Shown here piece after piece: positions 25,721-37,280 of a stretch of DNA of 64,000 nt; the first letter of the stretch is position 1, and each line of letters opens with the position of its first letter. Location: the NCBI RefSeq assembly GCF_036321535.1, contig NC_087436.1:103232001-103296000 (forward strand), given 5' to 3'. The notes under the pieces are model-generated. The model was not told the origin of the DNA and did no database searches. It was given only the letters and a program-made list of their open reading frames with translations. The translations under genes and the position numbers were made by a program. This stretch comes from Camelus dromedarius (lineage: Eukaryota).

Positions 25721-26174
25721 CAGTAGAGTCACCCAAGGGACTTCCTTGAGGCTGTCATAAACAATGAATGTACGTGACCTCTTACCCTTGAGTATACTGC
25801 CAAGCACACATTTGCCAAGCTCTTTTTGTTACAGTAGAGTCCACCCAAAGGTAGAGGAAACTGGGTGGTGAAAATTTAAATTGGACTACGGCTGAATATA
25901 AATCACAAATTTTTAAGTGGAAAAAAAAAATGCGTTGCATTGAACTAAGTTACCCTGAATTAGCAAGATCAATGTTCCCAACTCTAAGCAGAAACACAGC
26001 CTCCGGAGGTGATGAGAGTTCTAAAGAAAGTGAGTATTTCAAACAAATAAATCTACAGCTTTATGTCGTTTCAGTCACCACCCAGACTTCCTTGAGGCTA
26101 CATCGTAAATGCTGAATGGACATGACCTCTGTCTTTCCCTTGAGTACACTGCTGAGTATGAGTTTGCCAAGCTC
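25721..26174 (+). repeat. Diverged direct duplication of a ~100-bp module
   Basis: 25727-25822 and 26073-26174 share, in order, agtcacc, gacttccttgaggct, tgaatg, tgacctct, cccttgagta(t/c)actgc and tttgccaagctc. Confidence 0.9.
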
Positions 26175-27504
26175 ATCAGCGCCCTGCTTTGGGCTGCCAA
26201 GCTGCTCTCCTAAGGACCAGCCTCTGAAACTGCCTGTTTCTCCAGCTCCAATCCTGTGCCTTCCTGGTCCCTTTTTATCCTCAAAGGCTGGTGCTGCTGC
26301 ATGCAGCCCTAGAGTCTGCTCCCAATATGACATTTACGGAAGCCAAAAGAACGTTTTCCTTCAATGGTTTCCATTCCAATGACTGACACTAAGTCTCTTT
26401 AAATATCTGCTCAGTTTGGAGCCTTTCCATTGGCTTAAAACTTCTCTTATACAAAATGGACAGCAATTTCTTCCTCAATATGGGAAAATGCTGTTCCACA
26501 TTCAGAGAGATTAAGAGGCTTAGAAAAGCATTTGTCACCAGAATTCAGCAAAGGAAATTATCAAACTGTGCAATTCTAAGACCTTACAGAGGGGACGCTA
26601 AAAAATTTCTACAAATATTTAGGTCAGGGGTTACATTACAAAGCATAATTCAAGCTTATATACGAAATGGACACCTAAAATGCAAAAATAGAAACACTGC
26701 GATCACACAAGCTTGCCTATTGCTTCTGTGGGTCCTAAAAATCACTCGTGCGCGCTTCCAATAGATTACTAGAGACCCAAATAGATCCACTCACTTACTT
26801 CTTTATTAACTTGGGATATCATAGTTCTAAACAACACATTACTCTAAATTTGACAAGTATGCCAGATCTCCAGTCACAATGTCTGTATTTGTAAATGGGA
26901 AATGGGTAATGAGATAGAATATGAAAAAAAATGTAAATCAACAGTGTGCCAAGTTATGTCACCTTTTTTGCTTTAAATTCAGATCTACTTAGATCAATAA
27001 ATGTTGCAAATTTTTAACAATCAATTCTGTATGATAGTGTTAAGGTTTTTCCTTTCAAAATAAAACCCAAAGAAAATGTAAGTTGTAATAATAGCTTGGG
27101 AAGATATATTGATATATTTTCCTTCAGGTAAAGCTACCTAGGTTGCTAGATAAGATCTGTCTAGAAGAAACAGCTATGAATTATAAGCAGCTGGATTACT
27201 GATATTTACGGAAGTGGTGAAAATAATTTGGATGAACATGAATTCAGGTGATCCTGATTCTAAACCAAGAATGTCCAGTTGTGAACAATCCCTTATCAGG
27301 CCCACTCATAGCTGTTGGGGATAAAGTAATTAACTGTCTACATTCTGTAATTTGAAGGATAATTGGAAGGTTACTCCTTGCCAAAATCTCTCTCATCATT
27401 AGCTACCACTGTGTTTGAAATAGTACCATAGATTTATTCTTTTGACTCAAAAGTTAACCCCTCTTTATAAAACAAAATAAGAATGTACACTAACAGGACT
27501 AATT

Positions 27505-27680
27505 ACCTTTTGCTGAGCATTTATTACATGCCAGAGATTCTGTTAAAAGTCAAGTGCATCATTTCATATAATCATTACAGGAAACCTATGAGGAGAGTAG
27601 GATCTCCATCTTACAGATGGAGGCTCAATAACTTACCAGAGGTCACATAGCTGAATAGCTGTGGAACTTTATGCTCTACT
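27505..27680 (-). mobile_element. MIR SINE
   Basis: 'tgctgagcatttattacatgccag...ccatcttacagatggagg...aggtcacatagct'. Confidence 0.75.
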
Positions 27681-28458
27681 TCTTTAAGACTGACTTGATT
27701 CTTTAAATACATATTTATCTTTTGGGAGAAGTATCTTTCATGTTCTAACTGTCAAAACTCTACTTATCCATCAAAATAAAGCTTCCTATGACTATCACCT
27801 GCAAATCTGCCTGTATCAGCTGTTCTTACCTCTACAACAGCTCATTGTATTGATTTGAAATGTTTTTTAATTTCTATATCCTTTACTAGGCTACATTTTT
27901 AAGAGCAGTGAACATGAACTTTATTATTATTATTATTGCCATGTTAAGTGTTTTAAGCTTTGAACACAATACCACCACATACTTGGTACTTCATACACGT
28001 TTTCTGGATGAAAGTGCATACAATTAAATTAGCATCAGCAACTTCTTATATGGATTCACACTGCTTTCCTTTACGACTGGTAAAATCTAGGGTAGCATGA
28101 AAAACTTAAATGCCTAAGAGATTAATAGATATTTAATATTATAAAAACAGGAAAGATAAAAAGGGTATGGGAACCCTCTGTGGATTTACCTTGGAACAGA
28201 CTGCTTTCTTAGGTCAAAATGTCCTGGTCAAGCAGCTTAGGTGGTGATGACACAGAAGAGGAGCCTTCAGTTACCACTGGCTGACCACACCTTCGTGGTT
28301 AACTCCATTTCAACCTGAAATCTGAACAAATATGTAAAGAATTAACAAAAATATACCCACAAGGACAAAAATGGCAAGCGAGAGGAAACAACAGAAATGA
28401 AATTTTGGAGCCTGTAAAACAGATGTGTAAGTAGTAAACAGTAAAAAATACTCTAGAC

Positions 28459-28656
28459 CAAGGGTTGGCAAATACTTTCCGTACAGTCAGATATAGTAAA
28501 TATGCTTGGTCGATGGACAATAGTCTGTCATAACTACTCAGCTTTGCCACTGTAGTGTGAAAGCAGTCATAGATCATACAAAAATGAGTAAATAAAGCTA
28601 TGTTCAAATAAAACTTTTATCAGAACAGGTGGAAGGCTGTAGTTTGCCATCTCCTG
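28459..28656 (+). mobile_element. MER58A-like hAT MITE
   Basis: 'caagggttggcaaa...aactactcagctttgccactgtagtgtgaaagcagtcataga...tgtagtttgccatctcctg'. Confidence 0.9.
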
Positions 28657-28669
28657 CTGGAAGTCCACT

Positions 28670-29880
28670 TATGAAATTAAACCTAACAGTGGAAGAAGCA
28701 CAGAAATAGCCCACTTTAGACCTGGGAGTGGCAGAAGGGTTCAGCAACTGGCAACGACAAGTAATTCTAAAACGTGGTGTGCGCTGGAAGCATGAGGAGC
28801 ACTGCCTGACAGTCTATGCAAGAGGCAGACCCCATCTCGGACTCTGGCATCCAACGCAGCCTGGCCACTGTCTTCTCACCACCCGTGGGGCAAAAAACCT
28901 AAAGATTACTACCTTGGTGGGGGGCAGGTCAGCAGGAATTTGGAGTGGGGAACACCAGGAGTAGGTGAAAGTAGTAGCAATTTTCTGAAAGCAGAAAACA
29001 ATAAGAGCTTTTATCTGCTCCATTTCTACCACTTGGTTTCAGCAGGCTGGTAGCCTAGTTTGCCCTGCAGGGAAGACACTGGAAGAATTTTATCTGGTCG
29101 GTAAAACCAGTCCCAAAGAAAGTATTAAAGATATTACATATCAGAGGATCCTGCAATATATGGCACATTTTAACCTCACAGTCAAGTTCATCTATAAAAA
29201 AAAAAAAAAAAAAAGAGAGAGAGAGAGATCTCTGAAAAGAAATATTCAGAGAAGAAAAATATGCTTTGAAAATAAAATGTTAGTATGAATTTAAAAATCA
29301 GTAGAATGTTGGAAATTGACTTTGAAGATAAGAAAGAAAACTGGAAACACCATATACATACATATACACACACACACACATATACATACATATACACACA
29401 CACACATATACACACATACATACACAGAGACAGAGAAAGAGAATTTGAAAATATAGAATCTGCCTAGATGTTACAGAACCTGAATATGAGTTACAAAATG
29501 AGAAAAAGAAAAATAGAGGGCAATAAATAATTATACACACACACACACACATACACATATTGAACCAAAACCCACGCATTTATAGACTGAAAGGGCCCAG
29601 CAAGTGCCAGGACTACAACCTGAAAAGACCCAAATCAGGGCATATACAATTTTAGAACAATGGGGGTCAAGAGACTAGCCTAAGAGTGTTTAGAGACAGA
29701 GAAAAAAGAATAAAGAAGGAATAAACAAAATAAGATTACAAGAACAGGGTCAAAAATTAATGACAGGATAAGTAGAGAGAAAAATAGACCTGGCACATGA
29801 TGGTAAAACTATTGAAAATCAAAGTTAAGGGAAAAATAATAAAAGCAGAAAGGAAAAAAATGGCATACTACATATAGTCT
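28670..29880 (+). mobile_element. Old L1 5'/ORF1 remnants with (CA/TA)n and poly(A)-(GA)n tracts
   Basis: 'gactgaaagggcccagcaagtgcc', 'ctattgaaaatcaaagttaagggaaaaataataaaagcag'. Confidence 0.55.
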
Positions 29881-29939
29881 ATGTCATATTAAAGTGTCTG
29901 CAAATTATTTTTTTCCCCCTCAAGAGGTAGAATTTACCT

Positions 29940-30900
29940 GAAATTCCCCACATGTTCATCCATTTTTGACATATTTTCCTTTAAGTCTTTGAACCCTTTT
30001 ACAATATCTGCTTTAAGGTCCTTTACTGCTTATAAAATTTCAGGCATCATGATGGCTGTGTTTATTAAATTCTCTTTCATATATAAGAAATATTAAGGTA
30101 TATGAAGTATAGATAATATTCTGAGCATGTCTAATCGTTTTCTACTATATGTTGCATATCATAGGTGAGTTATGTCCTCTTCCTTAAGGTATTGGAGCTT
30201 TGTTCTGGCAGACATGTCACTGAGAGATGGTAACTTTGGGTGTGGCCAGGCTGTTTTATTCTCAGTTAGTTAAGGTCCACTTTGGGTTTGAATTTAGTAC
30301 TAGGGTGGGCTCTAACTCTAGATTCATTTCCTTATCTCTAAGGCAAGGTTCCTCTACAGTCTCAGCTGAATGCCTGAGGTGCTTAGTTCAGTCTCTTCAT
30401 TCTGCTTGTACTGTAACCACTTCAGTGTTTCCCAACGTTGCATATTTTCTGCAACAGATGACCCCTGCCAAGCCCTCAGCATCTGAGCATGTATCTCTTT
30501 GGATTAGCCAAGAACCCAAGGTGAACATGCACACAAACTCCTGTCCTCTACTCTCTGTGTAGCTCCCTGTCTTCCGTTACCCTGTCCCACAAATTCTGGC
30601 TACTCCAGCAGCTCAGTTCTTATCTCTGCCCTCGCAGCTCACTGAAACCAGTGGCCTGCTTGGGATCCAACTCTATGTTCCTTGTTGGAAATGTGCTCCA
30701 GGGCAGACATCTGTGGACACTGTGGGCAGGATCACAGAGCTCACTTTTTGTGTTCCCCAGTTTCTAAGGATCACAGTCAGCTCTGTCTACTGTTCAACAC
30801 TTCAACATTATGGTCTGACATACATTTTCCTTATTTTAAAGAATTTACAATTGCAATGGACAATCTGTTAACCAGTTACACTTCGAAGCTGAAAGCAGAG
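29940..30900 (-). mobile_element. Old L1 5'UTR region, antisense
   Basis: 'gagctttgttctggcag', 'ccctgtcccacaaattctggc', 'gagctcactttttgtgttcccc...ctaaggatcacagtc'. Confidence 0.6.
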
Positions 30901-33727
30901 AAGACTCAATTTTTATTTTCAAAGACAAACTCTTTCACTATTTTTTAATGTTTACAATATAGAACAGTATTGGAGGATTGGTTCTGGGTATCCAGTGTAA
31001 TTTTTTTTCTTTCCAGACCCCAGTCTTTTCCTCCACTCATTTTATAAAGGCATCATTTGTATCAGGCTTTGAAATCTGACCCAGCACACACAGCCTCTGG
31101 CATAATCTTATGGAAATAAGATGTGTAAGCCTGTAACATTATCAGCTATCTGGTGAAATTTTAAGCTCTTTGACTTTTTTTTCCTGTAAACCTGACCAAT
31201 AACAATTCTTTGGCAATAGATTATTTAACTGAGTTCATTTATTCCTTGCCTATGTGGTGTTTCTTCAGTTTCTGTAACTGTGCACCTGTAACACCGCCAC
31301 ATCATCTTATGATTTCGTGAATGCTATTCAGCTAATCATCATCCTAAAAATGGCAGTAGCCACAAGCTGTTATCTCAAACCACTTTTTGTCTCCTTAAAA
31401 ATCCTGTGTCTTATCATCGTCGCCTTTATTGCCATCAGCAAGTACGCTTACTCTCTCCTAATTATTTGATCAGCGGTGACAGAAAGGAAGAGTTGCCGTT
31501 TGTTAGATTTGCTCAGTATGTTCTACAGTTGCTAGGCGAAACCAGTCAGCACCAGCCTAAAATACTTAATAATCTTCAGATTAAATTTTCTCATTATTTT
31601 TTTCTTTAAGCAGCGCAAGGCACCTGGACCAGAATGATTTAGACTGCATTATAAAACTCCTTGGATTAAAGAAACATTCTGATTGGTGTACAGATTAATG
31701 TAAAGGGTAGATCAATTTTTGTGAACTACCAGTTCGGCTGAAGCAGCTGCTCATATTTTAAACTGCTAACATCATCATGTTCTAGCCCACAGAAGTATGG
31801 TTTTCCTAAGAATGAAGATATCCAAAAGAGAAACTAACAAGGCATATCTAAGCAGGGTGCTTGGTAATCACGAGGTAACACTGGAGGGATTAGAAGCATG
31901 AGGCTGCATTTCTGTCAAACTATTAGCTCATGATAACCCCTTCCTCCTTGTCACACCTGGCCGCCTGATTCCCATCCAATTAAAAGTGACATTTTCTGGT
32001 AATGTTAGCAATTTAGCTACGTACTTTCTTTTTCATTTGAGAAGCTTCTTGGAAGACTGATGACTAAAAACTAGAGATGTCTTTTTCCTCAGATGCTCCC
32101 ATTCATCGGGAGGGAAAATTGTCTAGAATATATTACATAGGGCCTGGCCACAGAACAGGGGAATCTATTTTCCTATCATTTGATCCAAGGCCATAACCTG
32201 GTCTGCTCCACCTGGGGCCATGTCAGCAATAATTGTTGTGAACTACTCATCTATTTTTAAGAAAATCCTTTCCATTGCAGTTAATTAGGCTGATTGTTTA
32301 TGGTAGATATAGAAAGTTTAAAAATGAGGGATCCTAATTCTAAATCATATAAAAAGCTGACTATTGCACTTGTGAGTGTGACCTTTATTAGCAAATAATT
32401 TTGGGATTACACACACACACACACACGTACACTTATCTATGCCCACATATATGTTCAGTGACATGAAAGATATTTGTAAAGATATCCCACCACTTCCAGA
32501 TACCTTTTAATTTTTTAGTTTCATATAATATCCAATTCTTAGCAACTTACCAGCATGTATGTTAAATGCCATTTTTATATACTTTTACGCACTTAATGTG
32601 ATGTCAAACATTTTCTGTGTTTCTACATGGTTTCCATGATGATGCTTTTACTTAAGTAACAGCCCAATTTTGCTGATGTTCCAAAACTTACTAAAATACT
32701 TTCTTGTTTTCCACTTTCTTTCCCTTTTATTAAGAATTCTGACGTGAACAAAATTTTTGACAAAGATTTGATGTACCTTGTCTCAAATCATTATTTTCTT
32801 GGAATAAATTCCTGAGCATGGTATTCCAAGAACTGAATTTATGGCCCTTGCTATTTGTCGCCATACTGCTGTCTGGAGTGCTGGATCCGGCTCTCCCACC
32901 AGCAAAGCGAACTTATTAGGCCAAAAAAAGGATCTGTCACCTCCTTCCCGCATCCCAGTCTTGAGAAGAGAGCTGAGCCATCACGTGATTTACCCTCCAT
33001 CACTAGATCACTACCCCTGCTGCTCAATGTGTACTGACGCTTGGTGACCACTTCTGACAGCTCTGATTTCCTCCTGCTACAGACTTCCAGTTGGGTATCC
33101 CAACTGGTATGTTTCTGTCTTATGACAATTCTCAGCCAATAGTTTTTCTGCTCTAGTTTTGTACATCATTTATTACTCTCATTGGTCCTGATAACAGACC
33201 ACCTCAGGGCTTCCCCTTCAAAAGCCTTTCAGTTAGAATACTTTATCATGTTTGCTCCTCTCTGTGATTATAACCCTTTATGGGGATGGCACTCAAAAGC
33301 AGAAGATGGTTTATCTGACACAGCAATCCCCAGAACCATCCAGACAAGAGAACTGTGGGGATGAGGCATTCTTCCAGGCACTCAATGACCAGTTGTGATG
33401 TAACCCTGAACAGACAGGGTGATGCAAATGATAAAAATATATCAAAAGGACTAGACTGGAAGTTATTTCATAGTGTTAAAACTTCCAACATTTTATTACA
33501 CCAGAATAATTAATACTGAGAGGGAAACACTACAGGCCATGACAGAAATTTAAAAGTAAGTATAGTAAGATATTAAAATGTCTTGAAAAATGTTTTCATC
33601 TCATCAAAATCATTAATGATTTATTGAAAAATACTGTAGGTAAATTGTATAATTTATATTTAGACAGTTCTAAGGAAATGTTTATGTATTTAAATCCTAA
33701 TTTTAGTACAAAGATCTATAAATAAAA

Positions 33728-33882
33728 TGTATAGCACAGGGAACTATATTCAATATCTTGTAGTAACCTATAATGAAAAAGAATATGAAAACGAATATAT
33801 GTATATGTATGACTGAACTATTATGTTGTACACCAGAAATTAACACAACATTGTCAGTGGGCTATATGTCAATTTAAAAAAA
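33728..33882 (+). mobile_element. Young L1 3' tail
   Basis: 'gtatagcacagggaactatattcaatatcttgtagtaacctataatgaaaaagaatatgaaaacgaatatatgtat...tacaccagaaattaacacaacattgt'. Confidence 0.9.
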
Positions 33883-34016
33883 GTATATAATGTGTTTTAT
33901 CATTAAATAAGGAAAATTTTAAGTCGTCTTATATGATGGATGCCATTCAGGTATTTTAACCAATTTATAATGATAGATTACTATATTCATTTTATTTTTA
34001 AAAAGATATATGCACT

Positions 34017-34713
34017 GTTAATTTTTTGTTATGGCAAAATACACATAAGATTTACCATTTTAAGTGTTTTTAGGTGCACGATTCAATGATGTTATACAAA
34101 TTCACAATGTCGTATCGCCATCACTACTCTCCATTAATAAATAACTCCACATTGCTCCTTCCTGCAGTCCCTGGTAACATTCATTCTACCTTCTGGATCT
34201 ATGAATTTGCCTATTCTAAGTGCCTCATGTAAGTTGACTCATGTAACATTTGACCTTTTGTAGCTGACTTATTTCACTAAACACGTTTTCAAGGTTTGTC
34301 CATGTTGTAGCATGAGTCACAATGTCATTCATAAGGTTCATAAGGCTGGATAATCTACTTCTGTATGTATCTACCACGTTTTGCTCATTCACCTGTTGAA
34401 GGACATTTGGGTTATTTTCACCCTTTGACTAGTGTGAATAATGCTGCTATAAACACTGATGTACAAGTATCTGTTTGAGTCTCCACTTTCAATTATTTTG
34501 CCCACATCCAGACAAGAAGGATGGAATTACTGGATTGTACAGTAATTCTATTTTTAACTTTTAGAGTAACAAGCAAACTGTTTTTCTCAGCAGCTGCACC
34601 ATTCTACATTCCCATCAACAATGCACAAAATTACTAATTTCTCTACATCCTGGCCAACACTTGTTCTTTTCCATTTTTTTTAATAAAAGCCATCCTAAAA
34701 GGTATGCAGTGGT
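34017..34713 (-). mobile_element. L1 3' end (L1MB-like) with TSD
   Basis: Antisense L1 3'UTR 'ccctggtaacattcattctacc...tctatgaatttgcctattcta...gtgtgaataatgctgctataaac'; TSD aaga(t/c)atatgcact at 34003-34016 and 34714-34727. Confidence 0.9.
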
Positions 34714-34729
34714 AAGACATATGCACTTT

Positions 34730-34896
34730 TTAAAAAATATCTCTTTCTCCATTTTATTTATTGATTTTTACTTAGTCGGGGCTGGGGGAGCAGGTGACTA
34801 GGTTTATTTATTTATTTTTAAAGGAGGTACTAAGAATTGAACCCAGGACCTCATGCATACTAGGCATGAACTCTACCACTGAGCTACACCCTCCCC
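34730..34896 (-). mobile_element. tRNA-derived SINE (camelid Vic-1-like)
   Basis: Minus strand ggggagggtgtagctcagtggtagagttcatgcctagtatgcatgaggtcctgggttcaatt (Pol III A and B boxes); TSD gacata(t/a)gcacttt. Confidence 0.9.
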
Positions 34897-36521
34897 GACA
34901 TAAGCACTTTCAAATCCTTTATTTTTACTATAACCTGCACCTTACATTATTCATAATATTCATGTGTGAAAAGTCAAATATCGTCTTCTTTTGAAGTTGA
35001 AATATTTAATGTCAGGAAGACTTTTCAGAAGTCTAGCCTGAATATAACATGTCTGAGAAATAAACTTATTTACTTCTCTATATTTTGGAGTCTCTTTGTT
35101 ACAGCAGCTTAAACTTTGCCTAATTATACAACTCATAACTTTTTTTTTTAATGAATCTTGCTGATTTTAGCCCCTTAATAGGTCTGGAATAAGACTTTTA
35201 ATATTTTTTACTATTGCAAACTTAGTTTTAGTCTCTTCTCCCAGTAAAACAATCCTGCTGCAATTAAATCCCTTATTTTCTCCCGCTTAGAATATGTCAG
35301 TGGGTCACATGTGGATATTCTGTCTAACTTGTTTTTTTTTTTTAATAAAATACAGATAAAATCAACACCAAAACCCTCTCCCCAACTCTAAACAACAATT
35401 TTTCTATATGGTCCCGATTACTTCCAGAATAAAGATCAAACTCCTTGACAAGCCAGTCCTTCTTAATGTGTCCTGAATTTCTCTCTCCCATATTTTCTCA
35501 AGTACTCTATACTGTGTCATAATAAAATCATATTTTTCTTAAAATTTTCAGTCCTGTCACTTCCATATGCATCTACATATACTGCTTCCCTGGCTGTAAG
35601 TACTATGCCCAGTGAAATCTTATTTACTATTTAAGAATCAGGTCAAATATATACTACCTTTTAACCCTTTACTAAACCCAAAGGAATGATTTTTTTCTCT
35701 CATGTGTTTCATCAAATTAACTTACCACACTGTATTTTAATTCATCATATTTTGGTTCCTTGATTACCTATAGCCAACATGGTAGATTATGTGAGGGAAG
35801 GGACTGTATTTTTTACGTTTTTATAGGCCAAATATGTTGGATAATAAGTGCCTGGTTCTCTGTAGGTGCTTTTATTGCTTGAATTTACAAGTGAAAATGC
35901 AGGCATCTAGAAGCCTACCCAGAGCTATAAAATTAATATGAAGCCTGTGATTAAAATTCAGATAAATCAAGCTAATAGGCTGTCAAGCACACCAATTAAA
36001 AGAACTGGAATATTCTCAAATATTTAGAAGAGGATTAACTAGGGCTCAGATTCATAGTATAGACTTCTTGAAATTTATCATTATAAACAAGGGGATAATT
36101 AATAAAAATTGGGACCAGTACCTTATGTGTTTCATCCCCTAAGAAACAGAATAATTTCCACCCAATACAGTAAACACAACAGCATTTACTGCAATATTCA
36201 ATGAGCTATGGAATCTGAAATAAAATCAGGAACTTAATTTTGTGCTTTATCTACTTCAGGCTTATTAGTGAAGCTTAAATTTTAAGTTAATAGCTATAAC
36301 ATGAAAGCACATGATTTCCACCGAGTATAGTAAAAAGGATAATTTAGTGTGTAAATGTAACAGAATTCTTTTCAATCTATACATTTTTTTAAATTTATTG
36401 TACTATAGATAAGGAAAAATCACATTTTTACACTGTAATTTGTATCCTAAGGTTCCCTCCATAAATAATTAAATATTAAGAGGAAGTATACCATAGATGA
36501 CAGTATGAAGACAGGGAAAAT

Positions 36522-37060
36522 GTGCCAGTTCAGATGGCTTTGCCTGCAGTAATCAAATACCCAACCAAAACTGACTCAAAATGGCTAAAATGTATTTAAT
36601 CACATAACAGGAACCCTGGGGCAGGTGTTCCTGGGTTGGTTCAAGCGCTTAGTGATGGTAATAAATGACCTGGCTCTTGCCATCTTATCCTCCAGCTCTA
36701 CTCAGTAGTACTTTGCCTCAGTTCTTAGATGTGATCCATCAGGAAGATGATGGTTGTCCCAGCTCCTGGTATCTTATACACATTCTGTAGCAACTGGGCA
36801 AAGAAGAGGAGCATTTACTGTTTTGTTATTTAATTACTTACTCATTTATATTGACCTAAAGTTGGTTTATAACATTATATAAGCTTTCATATTTTGTTTT
36901 GTTTGTTTTGTTTTGTTTGAGAGAAAAATATTTTCAGTAGTCCCTCAGTAGCCATTTTATCCAGGATCACTGACCAGGGTGGTTAATATGACTCTGTCAT
37001 AAAATCAGAGAAGGCTGGGCAAGTGGGTATCTGGCATTTTCAGCCTCTGTATTGGGCAGT
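36522..37060 (-). mobile_element. Old MaLR LTR (MLT1K/L-like), interrupted
   Basis: 'tttgcctgcagtaatcaaatacccaaccaaaactgactcaa...tcacataacaggaac...gtatctggcattttcagcctct'. Confidence 0.65.
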
Positions 37061-37195
37061 AAGCTTCACAGCATCCTGTGCATATTTCTCATTATGCATT
37101 TCTCTTCTTCTAGACTGTAGGCTACTCAATGAAAAAAAATTACTTTATTTGAGTTTATATCTTAATTCAACAAATGCTTTCTCAATAAGTGAAAC

Positions 37196-37280
37196 AGAGA
37201 AAGAAGCAAGCAAGCAAGGAAAGAGGGAAGGAAGGAAGGAAGGAAGGAAGGTAGGGAGGGAGGGAAAAGAAAGGAAAGGG
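37196..37280 (+). repeat. (GAAG)n purine-rich simple repeat
   Basis: Directly visible. Confidence 0.9.
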
